Part shown: piece after piece, positions 24,521-37,844 of the stretch
Layout of the letters: the number at the start of each line of letters is the position of its first letter
How positions within the stretch are numbered: position 1 is the stretch's first letter
Assembly (NCBI RefSeq): GCF_036971445.1
Contig: NC_091482.1
Coordinates: 5,022,001 to 5,086,000, forward strand
DNA from: Narcine bancroftii
Lineage: Eukaryota
DNA: 64,000 nucleotides
Direction: 5' to 3'
Notes under the pieces: model-generated
What the model saw: only the letters and a program-made list of their open reading frames with translations
The model's database searches: none
What the model was told of the DNA's origin: nothing
Made by a program: the position numbers and the translations under genes

Positions 24521-24964
24521 TAGTGACCAGATGAGCTTTCAGCACCTGGTCTTCCAGTCAACCAAGGGACTGCAAGATTTCCGCAATTCTGAAGTTTGTC
24601 TGAATTCTATGGATGATGAGATTACAACACTTTCTACTCAAAAATTGATGTTGATAATAATGCAGACATGCCTTGGTGCTTCCTTGCACCATACAAACTT
24701 TAACATTAAGAACACTACATTTGGCTGTATGTTACAATTATATTTAACTCACTTCATGCCCAGCATGAAGTGAGCTGGCTTACAAGATGATTTTTTAATT
24801 AGTTATATAATTATCCCAAAACACAGCATGCTCCTGAAGTCACAAATAGACTTCCCGGTGTGGGAGGGCAATAGAAAACTTCCTTCCTAAAGTTGTAAGG
24901 GAACATGATGAACATTTGGAATGAACCACTTTGTATTATAGATTTTAAAAATTTTTAAATTTAG

Positions 24965-25197
24965 ATATACAGCACATTACAGGCTCTTTAAGCCCACGAG
25001 CCCGTGGCACCCAATTAACCTACAACTCTCAGTACATTTTTCGAACAGTGGGAAGAAACCGGAGCACCCAGAAAACCCATGCAGACACAGGAAGAACGTA
25101 CAAACTCCTTACAGACAGCGCAGGATTCGAACCCTGGTCCAAATCGCTGGTGCTGTAACAGCGTGGTGTTCACCACTCTACGCTAACCGAGCTGCTC
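24965..25197 (-). mobile_element. tRNA-derived SINE
   Basis: Reverse complement of the same family; GGTTCGAATCC B-box. Confidence 0.7.
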
Positions 25198-26424
25198 AAC
25201 GTTTCGTTTCCTGATATGAACCTACAAAGCAACAGTAATTGAAGTCAATCTTCCCATTCAATTCAAAACAACATGAAAACTAAAAACACGATGCTGGAGA
25301 AACTCAGCAGGTCAAACTAAAAGAAATAGGGATTGCAGGAGAGCAGTTAGAAAGATTCCCACAGAACTCCCTTCAGAGAGCAGAGGAGAACTTCTTCAAA
25401 CCAGGCGTTCTTTGAAGAGAATTAGCAGGTTTTTCCAACGGAATAGAGCAAAACACAGTCTACAGACGCAGTGATCAATGTAAAAACACAATGCTGGAGA
25501 AATGGGAGCAGCAGGGATTACATGAAAACTGGTTGAGTGAACAACTAGACTACAAACTCAGTTTGTTTCAGTAAATGCAAAATATACTGTTAAATACATA
25601 TTCTTCTTGGTTTATCCTATTTTAATAGATTATCTTTATTAAACAGAGTCATACAGCAAAGAACAGGCCTTTTAGCCCAACCCATCCTTCCTGCTGAGTT
25701 GCCATTCAGGGCTAGTGCCGTCTACCTGCATTTGGTCCCTTGCCTTCTAAACCTTTATTATGCATTAATTTGTTCAAAAACACAATTGTCTGTGGCAGTG
25801 TTCAAGGTCCCTTTATTGTCATGTAAGAAAAACAGTGCACCATTACACAGAATTTGCTTTAGACTGCCGTAAAACAGATTCGCCATCAGCAAAAACTGCC
25901 TGAAGCATCTCAGAGTATAAGAGCCATATCAACATTTAATATATTTTAACAATGGTGTGGAATGTATCCCTCCATTAGACCAAATGGGAAGTCAGCCGAC
26001 TTTTGCTAGTGTTGGAGTCTTACCCAGATTGCTGCCAATAAGAGAACCCTCTAGTGCAATTACTAAGCCATTCAACTTGAATATACAATCATCCAACACC
26101 TTCTCCCAATAGGCTGCTGATGCAATGCACCAAAGGACCAGGAAAGAGCCAGATAATAGAATTGGAGAATGGAAGAAATTACCCAAATAATCAAGGGGGA
26201 GGTGTGTGAGGTAAAATTGAGAGATCAAGAAAAAGGGAGAAGAAGATATTGAGAGATAATAAAAATACATCAAAACAGAAACACATTGACAGCTTCATGT
26301 ACCAGAGAGGGGAGGGGTAGAGAAAAACTCTCATTCAGATGCTTCCTGCAAGAACCTTTGAGGCTTAAAATTCTTCCCCTCACCTTACTCCCGACTAGAT
26401 TCCCTGTACTTGCCTGTAACCATA

Positions 26425-26685
26425 TGACAATAACAGCACGGAAACAGGCCAATTTGGCCCTTCTAGTCTGCACTGATCCAAGTACCCTCCTCTAATCCCA
26501 CCTACCAGCACTCTGCCCATATCCCTCCATCCTCCTCCCATCCATATACTTATCAAACTCTTTCTCAAATGTCAAAAGTGACCCTGTTTCCACCACCTTT
26601 CCTGGAAGCCCATTCCACACAGTAACCACTTTCTGAGTGAAGAAGTTCCCCCTCATGTTACTCCTAAACCTTTGCCCATGTCCTC
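26425..26685 (-). mobile_element. CR1-like LINE 3' end
   Basis: RGNFFTQKVVTVWNGLPGKVVETGSLLTFEKEFDKYM is a CR1 ORF2 terminus motif. Confidence 0.7.
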
Positions 26686-28162
26686 TGTACTTTCTGTTGG
26701 TCTCCATAACAAAAGAAAGATGTACTTGCCTTGCAGTTAATTCAGTGAAGATTCATAGCATTAACTTTTAGAGATGAGGGGGTTTTTCCCAGGTGAGTTG
26801 GAGCAAAATTGAAGTCGACAAATGAAGCAATTTCCTTGAAACACATCATCGAGGAGGATTTTCAAGGTAGAATCCCCTAGAATCTAGAACTAGACTCAAA
26901 GGAAAGGACTGAATACTTAAGAATCAAGATGAAGGGAAATTCCACTCAGAGAGTTGCAAATACCTCTGAGGGCCCTGGATGCTCAGTTGCTGAACATATC
27001 CACACAGGGATCAATTGTGCAAAACACAAAAGTGGTGGAGAAACTCAGCAGGTCATGCAGTGTCAATAGGTATATAACCAATGTTTCAGATTGCCCTACA
27101 ATCACAATGTCTTCAAACTTCAGAGTCTTCAGGCTTTCTCGTTTACCAAGGGTCAATAGATTGGGTGGATTAAGTGAATCACAACTTTAATCATCCACCC
27201 TGAGGATTGAGATCTTATTTAACGTCAGAGCAAGCATAGGGGCTGTGTCACTATTTACCATCTGTTCCTTATTCACGAGCTTAGGTTGTGTGAAAATTAG
27301 TGGATCACAGTTATTCTGCAAGCAACACTGATCTAACTCAAAAGGGAAAATATATTTTGTTTCTATTTATGATGATAACCTCTGAGCACAATGTTTCTAG
27401 CATATTTTTGGCAAGATAATGTTTTGAATCGAATCGTCTGTTCTCACATGTACAAAAATACAGTGAAAAGCTTTGTTTTGTGTTCTATCCTGGCAGTCAA
27501 CATTCTCAAGTACAGCAGGTAGATCAATAATAAAAGTGCAGAGGATCAGGTAATCAGGACAAGGTGCAGGGAGAAAAAATACAGCTAAAGAGTGCAGGAG
27601 AATCTTCTTTTGCCAATGAGAGATCCTAATAAATTTGCAGAATTGCTGGTACATCTTGTCTAGACTCACAGGTACCAATTACAGAGTGCAAGAACATAAG
27701 AAATAGGAATAGGAGTTGGCCATCTGGCCCGTCGAGCCTGCTCCGCCATTCAATGAGATAATGGCTGATCTGATTATAGGCTCATCTCCATCTACCTGTG
27801 TTTTGCCCATATCCCTTAATTCCTCAACTATGAATAAAATCTATCCCTGTTTTCAGGGACTACCAACAAATGCATACACTCTGTGTCTCAGTTTACAGAG
27901 ACTACCAACACTTCATACACTCTGTGTCCCAGTTTTCCGGGACTTTTTAAATACAACCATCAGTTGGTTTGTACAGATATTCTGCAGTTTACCCATGGAC
28001 CCAGTCTGGAGTATATATTATGAAAGGTTAAAAATGACCAGAATCCAAAAGGTAGCTTACAAAAGGATGGGTTATTGTAGTGTATTTGCAATTAATTTAA
28101 TTCCCCTCTCCTTCAAAGACTTAAACTAAGCCAAGGTGAAAGCTTCCTAATGTATGGCTCAC

Positions 28163-29681
28163 CTGGTTTTGGCAGCAGATGGAATTTATGAACACAATGT
28201 TGGTCTGTTAAGCTTCTCTCTTCACACAACTGGTGCCCATTACTCCAGAACTTGTAGCAATCTTCATGCAGTTGCATGGCATACTTTTGGAAGGCTGGTC
28301 CACGGGCATGCTGACTGTAAACACGCAGGGCTTGGGCCAACTGGTTCTTGTGGACAGTCGTTGTGTAATGGTGAGGCAGGTTAGACTGATAGGCACTGTG
28401 TGCCAGAGGCAAGGCCTTCTGGCAGCGGTTTTCAGAAAACTTATTGTCTGCATCCAAAAATCCTTCAAGTCCTTTTAATTGGATCTGTATCTTAGAGGAC
28501 AGATCTCCTGAAAGAAATCCCAGCTCATCTTCCCTCCAATTTATCATCACGTCATAGAGCTTCGAGGCCACGGAGAGCCAGTTTTTATAGGCAGGAAGCT
28601 CAAAATGCGATGGCTGTGGATTCCTCCCAACACTGTCCTCAAAGCCCTTTTTAGTCAACACCAGCTCCACGTGTTGCCACAGAAACTCCTTCAATGTGCA
28701 GTCCACCAGCTGCCCACTGGAACTGTTGAGGTTGCTTTCCAGTATGAAAGATGGCTGGCGGACGTGCCTCATCAATTGATAACGCCGTGACCCTGAAATC
28801 GGGAGAGATTCATGCTCCCTGATGGCACAGTTCGTTTTCAGTTGACCAATCAACATACTGATGGGGTCTTCCCCTTGCCCAGCTACAACGTAAACAAAAG
28901 CTTGGTTGGCAGGAACAGTAAATAGGCAGTTAATACTCTGGTTCGTCAGTACTCTGCTCTTTCTGAAAATTCTGTAAATCTGATCTTCCAAGGCATGCTG
29001 CAGTCTCCTTTTAGGAGAGTGTTTTTTGGGTTTATCCAGATTGGAAGGGTCTAGGCACTTGGGCTCGACTTTCAGAGCTCCATTCAGCTGGAAAATAAAG
29101 AGGAGCCTCGGAGGGCAGGGTCTGCAATTCAATCGCCATTCCTTCCCCACTGGGCAATCTTTAATCGTGCTCTTCAGATACGGAAGAACCTTTTGCCTGA
29201 GGTTGTCCAGTGCTCGGAAGACGCGGTCGTACGTGATGTCGAAGGAGCAGGTGGGGTGGACCAGGAGGAGGATGTGCGAGACGGAGAAGAGGTAGAGGAG
29301 GTGGATGCAGTGAAGCTTCTCCTCCCCTTTCCAGAACTCGTGGGCCTCGGCGTGGGAAACGTCATCCGCCAGGTCCCTGCAGGCCTGCAGCAGCTGGTAG
29401 TTGTCGCAGACGGCGGTCAGGATCAGGTAGAGGACCTTGCTGTCCTGGTTGTAGTAGCACTGCAGCAGGTTGTTGCCCTGGTGATGCTCGTTCATGAGGG
29501 ACGGGTACAAGGGGAAGACCGGCTTGTCGCACAGAGTGTTGACGATGGCGTATTTCTCCGCGCTCAGGTCCATCGTCTTGCCGAAGATGCCGACCACACA
29601 CATCTCTTCATCCTTCCAGGCCACGTCCTCGACGTCTGAAGCCAAAGCCGCCCTCAGGAGCCTGGCTGCCACCGCCGCCAT
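28163..29681 (-). CDS. SMG8: SMG8 (NMD factor, SMG1 complex subunit) coding exon 1
   Basis: MAAVAARLL...MCVVGIFGK...CRPCPPRLLFIFQLNG...HSPKRRLQHALEDQIYRIFRKSRVLTNQS...FSENRCQKALPLAHSAYQSNLPHHY...KFHLLPKPG. AAGATGGCG start context, G|GTGAG donor. The four exons join in frame to 915 aa. Confidence 0.97.
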
Positions 29682-29900
29682 CTTGCTTACCCGCCGGCCC
29701 TCAATCACTTCCGGGGGAGGAACTACGGCGCCCAAGGACAGTTCCGCACGTTCATGTCCCACCGTTCATTTCCTCCGGGGGGGCAACAAAACCGCAAGGG
29801 CTTGCAACCCATCCCCCCCCCCAACACACCTTACAAACGGGAATCCAACACTTCCTGTCGGTTGCAAATGGGATGCTCGGCCTCCCCCCAACTCACAAAT
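29670..29900 (-). promoter_or_regulatory. SMG8 CpG promoter with YY1, ETS/GABP and ZNF143-like motifs
   Basis: CAAGATGGCGGC over the start codon, CCGGAAGTG near 29706-29713, ACTACGGCGCCCA near 29722-29734. Confidence 0.6.
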
Positions 29901-30889
29901 TGCTTTTTCTAACCTGAAGCATGTGTATAGAGGCGGTCCCGGGCCGTGCCAATGATAACTCACAATAAACAAGTTGAAAACGTCATTTGCTCTCAGCATT
30001 TCTGCATCTGCTCAAAGACAAATGTTAACATGCGGAGTGTGAATCATAGCTCTCAGGACTGGAAGGAGAACGAACGCTTCTTACTCAGGACAGGGTTCTG
30101 GGTTTAGGAGGGAAACCAGGGTTTGTAAGTGAGCAGATGGGAGGCGTGGCCAACACCCCATCAGTGAATCCCACTTCACTGCAACGTGCATGGATATAAG
30201 ATTTCTTTCTGCCTCCGACGCGGAGACTCAGCCAAAGTGGTGTCGTGTCTCCGCAGTGACATGGTATTTGTTTAGCCCATTCCAATTTAATTGCAGATTT
30301 TAACATCATCCATTATGAATTTTACCTATTTTCTATGGGGAGAAACGATACCTCGATCTTCATGACGTTCAGTGGCAACCTCAAATTGTTACATCCTCAT
30401 CAGCCAGTGGAATTTTTTTTCTATCCAAACCCCTCTCGATTAAAAAAAAAACGAGGGCACCAGATTCACTGACAGGTTGCAGCTCACCTCCTCTCCCAAC
30501 ATTAATAGAAAAATATCCAGATAGAAATTACTGTACTCATTACACACCGTGACCACACTTACAGAGGAGTTAAGCACCTGTGCGGAACAAAATGTAAAAT
30601 GAGAGCTTGGGCCACTTGGAGCATTTTTGTAGTATGTGACGTTCTTTACACGTCTTCGAAGGGATGCAACCTGTCTATTTCTCCAGTGACACTAAATAGT
30701 ACTGTGCTGTATAATGCAACTTTTAAAAAAATTATAAAGCAACCATTCAGTTAGTGAGACACATACAAATTGTTAAAGGAAAGATGCTAACACAACTCAA
30801 ACTTTAAATAGTACTGTGGAGAATCCCAGGTCACCTCACCAGAGCAAATCATTCAGTACATTCAAGACAGAAGTAGATAAGTTCTTGAT

Positions 30890-32260
30890 AAGACCATAAG
30901 GCATTGGAGCAGAAATTGGTTATTCTGCCCCACCATTCAATTATGAGTTGATCCATTCTCCCCATAATCTTTGATGCCCTGGCTCATCAAGAACCCATCA
31001 ATTTAAGCCTTAAATACACCCAATGAGCTGGTTTCCACAAGCATCTGTATCAACAAATTCCACAGATTTCCCACCCTCTAGCTGAAGAAATTCCTCTGCA
31101 TCTCTTTTCTAAGTGAACACCCTTCAATCCTGAAATTGTCCTCTCATCCTAGACTCTCCCATCTTGGGAATAAACTTTCAACATTCAAAATGTTTCAATG
31201 AGATCCCCCCCTCATTCTCCTAAATTCCAACGAGTACAGACCAAGAGCTATCAAACACTCCTTGTATGACAACCTTTTCATCCTTGTGAACCTCCTCTGA
31301 ACCATCTCCATTGTCAGCACATCTTTTCTGGAATAAGGAGCCCAAAACTGCTCACAATACTGTGAGGTCTCACTAGTGCCTTATAAAGCCTCAACATCAC
31401 ATCCCTGCTTATACTCTATTCCTCCGAAATGAATGCCATCTGGTTGGAGAGTGCTCAGATGGAAAATAAGGTGTTGTTCCTTCAAGCTGCAAGTGGTCTG
31501 GGTGGGATAGTACACAAGGCCATAGACAGACATATGAGCATGGAAGTGTGACTCAGAATTGAAATGGCTGGCTACTGGGAGGTCTCTGTTACTGTAGCAG
31601 AGGGAACTGAGGTATTCAGCAAAACATTCTCCCAATTTACGATTGGTCTCTCCAATGTAAAGGAGAAACGGATGCAGTAAATCCGTCCTGCAATTTCAGA
31701 AGTGAATATAAAAGCAAGGTTGTAATGTTGGGGCTTTAAAGCATTGGTCAGACCACATTTGGATACTGAGAACAGCTTCAGGATCCTTACCTATGGAAGG
31801 ATGTGCTGGCATTGGAGTGATCCAGAGGAGGTTTACAAGATTGATCTCAGGGATGAGATGGTTAATATAAGAGGATGTTCACTGGCTCTGAGCCAAATTC
31901 CCTGGAATTTAGAAAGGAGTGCAGATTTAATTGAAATGACTTAATGTTGAAAGAGCAAGATAGAGTGGATGTGGAGACATTTTCAGTAGTTGAGTCTAGG
32001 ACCAGAGGGCATAATTTCAGAATTAAAAAAGATATCATTTTTGAACAAAGATAAGAAGAAATTTCTTCATCGGAGGGTGGTGAATCTGTAGAATTTGTTG
32101 CTACAGGTGGTTGCGGAAACCAAGTCATTGGTCACATTTAAAGTAGAAGTTGATAGATTCTTGATTAGTTATGGTGTCAAAGGTTATGGGGAGCCACAAC
32201 TCTATTAGCAGAGCAGCCCCATGGATCAAATAGAAAATACTGCTCCTACATCTGATAATC
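30890..32260. mobile_element. Cluster of CR1-like fragments (both orientations) with a Penelope-like GIY-YIG fragment (31435-31700, minus)
   Basis: DLPVASHFNS...KEQHLIFHLSTLQPDGI (PLE), plus MVRPHL and CR1 3' motifs. Confidence 0.6.
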
Positions 32261-32849
32261 TATTGGTCAAACTAAAATTCTCCTAGCAACACCCTCACAT
32301 TTTCTCCAGTTTCTCTTGGTGTGTTATCTTTAACGTAGGGTGGTGATTGACTGGGGTTTAATCTGGTATTCTTGCTTCGCCTGATATTGACAAGAGTCAT
32401 ATTGGTGTTGTTAAGCTCCTTTTTTACTACATTGCCCGAGTCCCCCCCCCCCCACACCATGGTTTTTGCTTCCACTTTGGAAATAGGGCACAACTTCTCT
32501 TTATTACCAATCCCTCATTCATCCCTAGAATAATTTTGAGAAAACTATCTGAATGTTGGTTATATCTGGGGGCAGGATTAAGATGGCCATGTGGTAAATC
32601 CATGAAATCTACTTCACAGCATTAGATACACAAATCAAACACTTTCAGACTTAGAAAATGCTAACTACGTTGAAAGGGAAAGGAAGTCTTTATTCAATTT
32701 GGTTAACCGTCCTGTATATTTGTGCTCCTGTCTACAGGTTGTCTGGTTAGAAGATGAACAGAGAACACAAGCAAATGGCATTTCACAGTTTGTTATTGCA
32801 GTTTTGTTTTGACAGGAGATCTCTGCATCTGACTAATTACAACATACAT

Positions 32850-32866
32850 TTTATTAAATGTTTATT
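32850..32866 (-). terminator. Tandem AATAAA signals, candidate PRR11 polyadenylation site
   Basis: TTTATT at 32850-32855 and 32861-32866, at the end of a ~2 kb AT-rich, repeat-poor stretch after the PRR11 stop. Confidence 0.5.
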
Positions 32867-34836
32867 AAAATAGAAAAAGCACATACAATGCACTAGAATA
32901 TAGGCCAAAGCCCCAAGTGCATTTCATAGACAAATGTTATAAAAGGCAGTCAATATAAAAATTCATTTTAAAAAGTTAACTTAAAAACTTGACAGCATGA
33001 CCTATTTTAACATTACAACCACTGGGAATAGTGCAACCTTCTGCCATGGCTTGATTTTTTTTGAGATTAATTTACTTTGTATCAACATATCTATACTATG
33101 CAAAATAAAAATGTGCAAATTTTAATTGAAGAAATTTACAAAACCTTGAAACAGACATTTCAAATGCTCCAGAATATAATGAAAAAATCTAAACCAATAA
33201 TTTGAAATCAATTTCTGGATAGGTCATTCTTCGTACACTCCTATCATTTCCAGTTACACTGTCCAAAGTTGCTCTCAAACATCGAGCAGTGCAACAAGCA
33301 AAAATTTAAAAACAGCTTTTCATTGCAAATTTGAACAAATCTAGCCATTTATTGTGTTCACTGCATTTAAATCAATTTGAAGAGGAGCCAGAATGGAAAT
33401 AATATCAGCAATCCTAATTACAATCTTCTTTTCCCAGTCTTTCAAAACCAGAATAGGAATGGCACTGGATAAATAGCAAAGCAACCGTTTGTTGGGCTCC
33501 TCAGTCTTGCTAATTTAGTAAGAATCCCCACAGATTTAACAAGATGTACACAACGCTGGAAAAAATCCAAAATGTCCTAGTGATTATTACAGCCAACATC
33601 TGCTTAATTTGGCAAAAAAGCAATTTAAATTGTTGTTCATCTCTAATTAAATAGTAGGTGCAATTTTGGAATCTCCATTCTAAACTTTGTGAATAATGAT
33701 TACTGTGGAATGTCCCAAATTATTTCACCACTTCAAAGCCAGAAAATTTTAAATAACAGTAAATTAAAAATGAAACAACTTTATGGGGTCAGAACCTGTT
33801 AATACAGAGACCAAGAAAAACCCTAAATTATTATTTTATTTTATTTTTTTACAATTGAATATCAAGATTTCCCAATCATCCTGATCCTGAATATTTGACA
33901 GCATGGAGTATCCCAGGGTGGAAAAGTTTAAATTGTTCCAAGCAAAGTCTGGTTACTGATAAAATGCACTGTGGACAACTGGAGTTTTGTAAAAACACAA
34001 AGTATTTCCAAACAAAAAAAGTAACTTCAATTTGTACAACAGAAAATGTAAACACTTAATTATCAATCAGATAATTACTGAAAATTTATGATTGACAATT
34101 AAGCCATTCCCCTAATATTGAGGCACTAATTTTCACACCCTCCCAGTCTTTGTGAAGAATTTATTCTGCTATGAAGTTCTGTTATCAAAGGTTTTGTTTG
34201 TGATTAGTTTACTTACTATTGCCACCAAATGTGGCCTAGCGGGCTCCAGGAACATTAATTTCAAATTAGTCTCAATAACTAGATTTCAATAATCAGATTT
34301 TAAGGAAACAAACTACATGAAAAGTTGTTTCCAGATATCATTCCCCCACCCCTCCAAATGATCAGATTTTTTTTTTTGGAATCCAATTATTTAAAAGTAG
34401 GGGAATTAGAATTAAATAAGTGAATAACTAATACCAAAAAATGAAACATCTTTCATCTAAAACCCCAAATTTTAAAATAACTCAAAGCAGTACTCTAAAA
34501 GGTAGTTACTGTATGAACAAAATTCAATTGAAAATAGAGCCATTCCCCTGAAAAAGACAATTAAATAATTTTAACTGGCTGCCTCAGAGAATAAATAGTC
34601 TTTTCCTCTATTCATCTGCAGATCCACTCTGGACCAGTCCACACCATGTAACTAGACCAACAGCAAAAGTTAAAAGTGACGCACCATAGCTATAGCAGCT
34701 GACCAGAATAGTTATCAAATGAAATTGAAAGTACAGTATTTCTAAACAATGTGTATATTAAAATGTAATTTTTCCAAAGGAAAACTTAAGATTTACATGC
34801 TTTGTAATTTGGCAAAAAAATATTGCACAAGCAAAA

Positions 34837-34911
34837 TTAAGAAGTATTTTGTTCATCAAAGCTGGTGTTTGGCGAGGAGCAGCAACGAGGAGGAGTTTTG
34901 GGATGAGCCAT
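34837..34911 (-). CDS. PRR11: PRR11 last coding exon
   Basis: MAHPKTPPRCCSSPNTSFDEQNTS* matches the human end LAHPRSPTP...SSFDEQN. CTGTTTCAG acceptor, phase 0. Confidence 0.9.
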   Translation of the reverse strand: MAHPKTPPRCCSSPNTSFDEQNTS

Positions 34912-35218
34912 CTGAAACAGAGCCCAAAGTTTGTTAACTTGAACAGTACCCAGATATCAAAGTATTGATACTAAAGAGAAAATGTCAATAGTTCACAAAT
35001 CATGGAAATACAGCTATTTATTAGTCTCGGTCAGAAATTCCACAACAATCCTCCATATCTTCCTCATTGCAAGAGATAGAACTTTTGCATAAATTAATGT
35101 CAGGTTGCAGCGGTAATATTTAAACTGTGAAGTGACAATATTAAATTATCACTCAATTTAAGTTTTTAAAAAAGAACTTTGTTGTAACACTAAGACTATT
35201 CTGGCAAATTAATGCCAG

Positions 35219-37037
35219 TGTAGCAGGGTTGCTACGGTTATAGCTCCAGGTAGAAAGAAGACTCGCTCAACAAGGAAGTGTAAATCAACACTGACTTTAT
35301 TGGGCTGGCTATTAAAATGTCATCGAGGTACACGAAGGCGAAGTGCAGATCCCTTTGTGAAGTCTGAGCTACATTTTTCAGCCCAAATGGAGGAGTTCGA
35401 ACAATCCAGAGGGTTATGATGGCAGTTTTGGGAATGTCATGGGGTGAACTGGGATCTGATGAAAACCCCTGATGTGGTCCACCTTAGATTAACGGTGAAG
35501 TCCTGGATATGGGGCACAGGATATCTGCTGGGTGTGGTGACCATCTTTCGAAACTCTTCTCTAGCCAGGTTGAGTTTCTCGGGGGAAGACTCCGCACCCT
35601 GGGGAGGAGAGGAAGGCCCTCCATAATAATTTGGTTTCTCACCCAGCGTTTGGGTTCTGCTGAGTTGAAATGGGGGACAGTGGTGGAGGGGAATTCCACT
35701 AAGACTTGAGCAAATTCATTGTCGGCAGTACTTACTGAGTGTAGATGGGGGTTAGTAAGTTTGGAGTCCTTAGGCGAGCGTCTGAAATGTCCAGGTGTGT
35801 ACCAGCTGACACCCTTAATGTCCATCAGTAGTGAGTTGACTCTCAGGAAATTAGTACCCAGTGATGGTTATTGCATGGCCACACCTTGTTGCTGTGATTT
35901 TCTAGGCTGGATGGGGGAAGGACACTGTACTGTGCCACAGTGTCCACCAAGAAACTTTGGCTTAACAAGTCTTGGATGTGGAGGAGGCTATGCAATATGT
36001 CAGCCTTGGCATTTCTCTGGAACGCGCAGAGGGAGTTACAGCAATGGGCCTCAGTACCCCACTGTTGATGATAGAAACAGTACTTCTCACTGATGGGGTG
36101 CTTCGGTTGGTCGATGGGCTTCCTGGCAGAGCGTTGCTGATAAGGTGCCCGTCACCTGTTAAAGTAAAACACAGGCTTACATCTTTGCCACCCACAGCAC
36201 GTCTGCTCAGGCAGCCATCCTCCTGGGATCATCAAAGTCTTCCTCAGCGATGAGCAGCCAGATGTCTTCAGGCAGCCATTCCAGAAAGATCTGCTGGATC
36301 AGTGGGCAGAGGAGTGGCCATCGTTGAGAGTGAGTATGTCGCTCATGAGGGCGGAAGGGGTCCTGTCCCCAAACTGTCAATGTGCAGCAGTTGGGCCACA
36401 CACATGTACTTTGTGAGCCCAAGCATGTGGGTTACCAGCTCCTTGATGGCCACATACTTCCTCTGCTCCGGGAGATGCTGGAGGAAGTCTATGATGTGGG
36501 CTGCAGTGTCTTGATCAAGGACACAGACTATGTGGTAGTGGCGCATGTTGTCTGCGGAGATCCGGCAAAAGGCAAACTGCGCCTCAGCCTGCTGGAACCA
36601 CACCTGTGCCCAGCAGCTTCAAAACTATGGTGTTGATTGTAAGCTGTTCATCATTGGGTCCAAAGTGCCATTTAGATCAGTCAGGGGTCATTACTGTAGT
36701 GGGTTCACTCCGGTTATAGCTTGAGGTAGAAAGAAGACTCACACATCAAGTGTAATCAACACAGACTTTACTGGGCTGCAGTTCAGCCTTTTTTTTCGGC
36801 AGCCAGCCATGTCATCACCGGGGCATAGCTTGAGCGAGGCTGGCTGCTGATTGGTTGTCCCTTATGCACTGGCCCAGATTGGACTCCCCAAGATCCACTG
36901 GCCCTAATTGGCCGATTTGACCGCTATTCCCATGGCCTTTTGGAGCGGGCGTCTCTTCCCACGTGCTGTCTGCCTGATCGTCGTGTTCGACAACTGTTGG
37001 CTGCGTCAGCCTGTGGAGTGGACCACAAGCCACTACA
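35219..37037 (-). mobile_element. Internally deleted Gypsy/Ty3 LTR retrotransposon (5' LTR 36695-37037, partial 3' LTR 35219-35310, gag/protease/pol remnants)
   Basis: TGTAGTGG...CCACTACA LTR, shared GGTTATAGCT..AGGTAGAAAGAAGACTC in both LTR copies, gag-like WFQQAEAQF, frameshifted pol, imperfect 4-bp TSD CCAG/ACAG. Confidence 0.8.
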
Positions 37038-37665
37038 ACAGTACATATTTGGTCATTTTGGAGAAGACAAAGTACAAGTTTTAAATTATGAATTGTTCCA
37101 AAACAAAAACTCCAAAAATACATGAATTAACCTTCGATAAGTGCAAGTGCAGATGAGGAGATAAAAGACATTTTGAGGCCAAACAATTTATCCTGTTTTG
37201 ATACATCAGGTTGACTAGGAGCTCATGAGCATTTTTATGACAGGATCAAGAACAACAAGGACTCATCACTGTGCTCAGTGAAATGGGCAAAGCAGCAAGA
37301 ATTGGGAGGCAAGTTGGTAAGTAAATTGGCCACTGTGCATTGCCCCTTTTATGGATGGAGAATCAGGAGTTAAATGGACACAGAAGGAATAGGTTACAAG
37401 GAAAAAATGGATGAAATGGGACAGATCCACAAGAACCAACATAGACTAATAGGCCAGATGGCATCCTTTATCACAGGGATTTTTCAATTTCAATAGGCTT
37501 TTACAAAGTAAAAGTGCAGCTACAGCAGGAAAACACTTTTCTGAAAGATGGAATCATTTTCAAACTATTCAGGGTCAAGATAGAATAGACTGATGCGATT
37601 TGCTCAAGACAGGAAGTGCAAACAGCAATATTCACAGAGGAAATATATACTGTAGGCATTACTCA

Positions 37666-37756
37666 TTAGGGAGATACTAAAAATGCATCACACAAGTCAG
37701 AAGAGCTTATGTTTGGAGGAAAGCAACAAGGAGCAAGAAGTTTGGGATGAGCCCAT
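37666..37756 (-). pseudogene. Degenerate duplicate of the PRR11 last exon (pseudo-exon or alternative terminal exon)
   Basis: The homologous frame reads AHPKLLAPCCFPPNISSSD versus AHPKTPPRCCSSPNTSFDE, collinear at nucleotide level. Confidence 0.6.
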
Positions 37757-37844
37757 ACATCCTACTCTTTTTAATTCTGGTTGATGGACAAGATAGAGAG
37801 GCTGATTATTAACCAAGGGAAATGCAATGGAGGTGGACAAGCCC

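Noticed and set aside
29682-29762. 27-codon upstream extension of the SMG8 ORF from a non-ATG start
   Set aside because: It overlaps promoter motifs, whereas the ATG at 29681 has a strong AAGATGGCG context.
29026-29955. Plus-strand ORFs opposite SMG8 exon 1
   Set aside because: These are antisense shadows of a GC-rich coding exon with no recognisable protein features.
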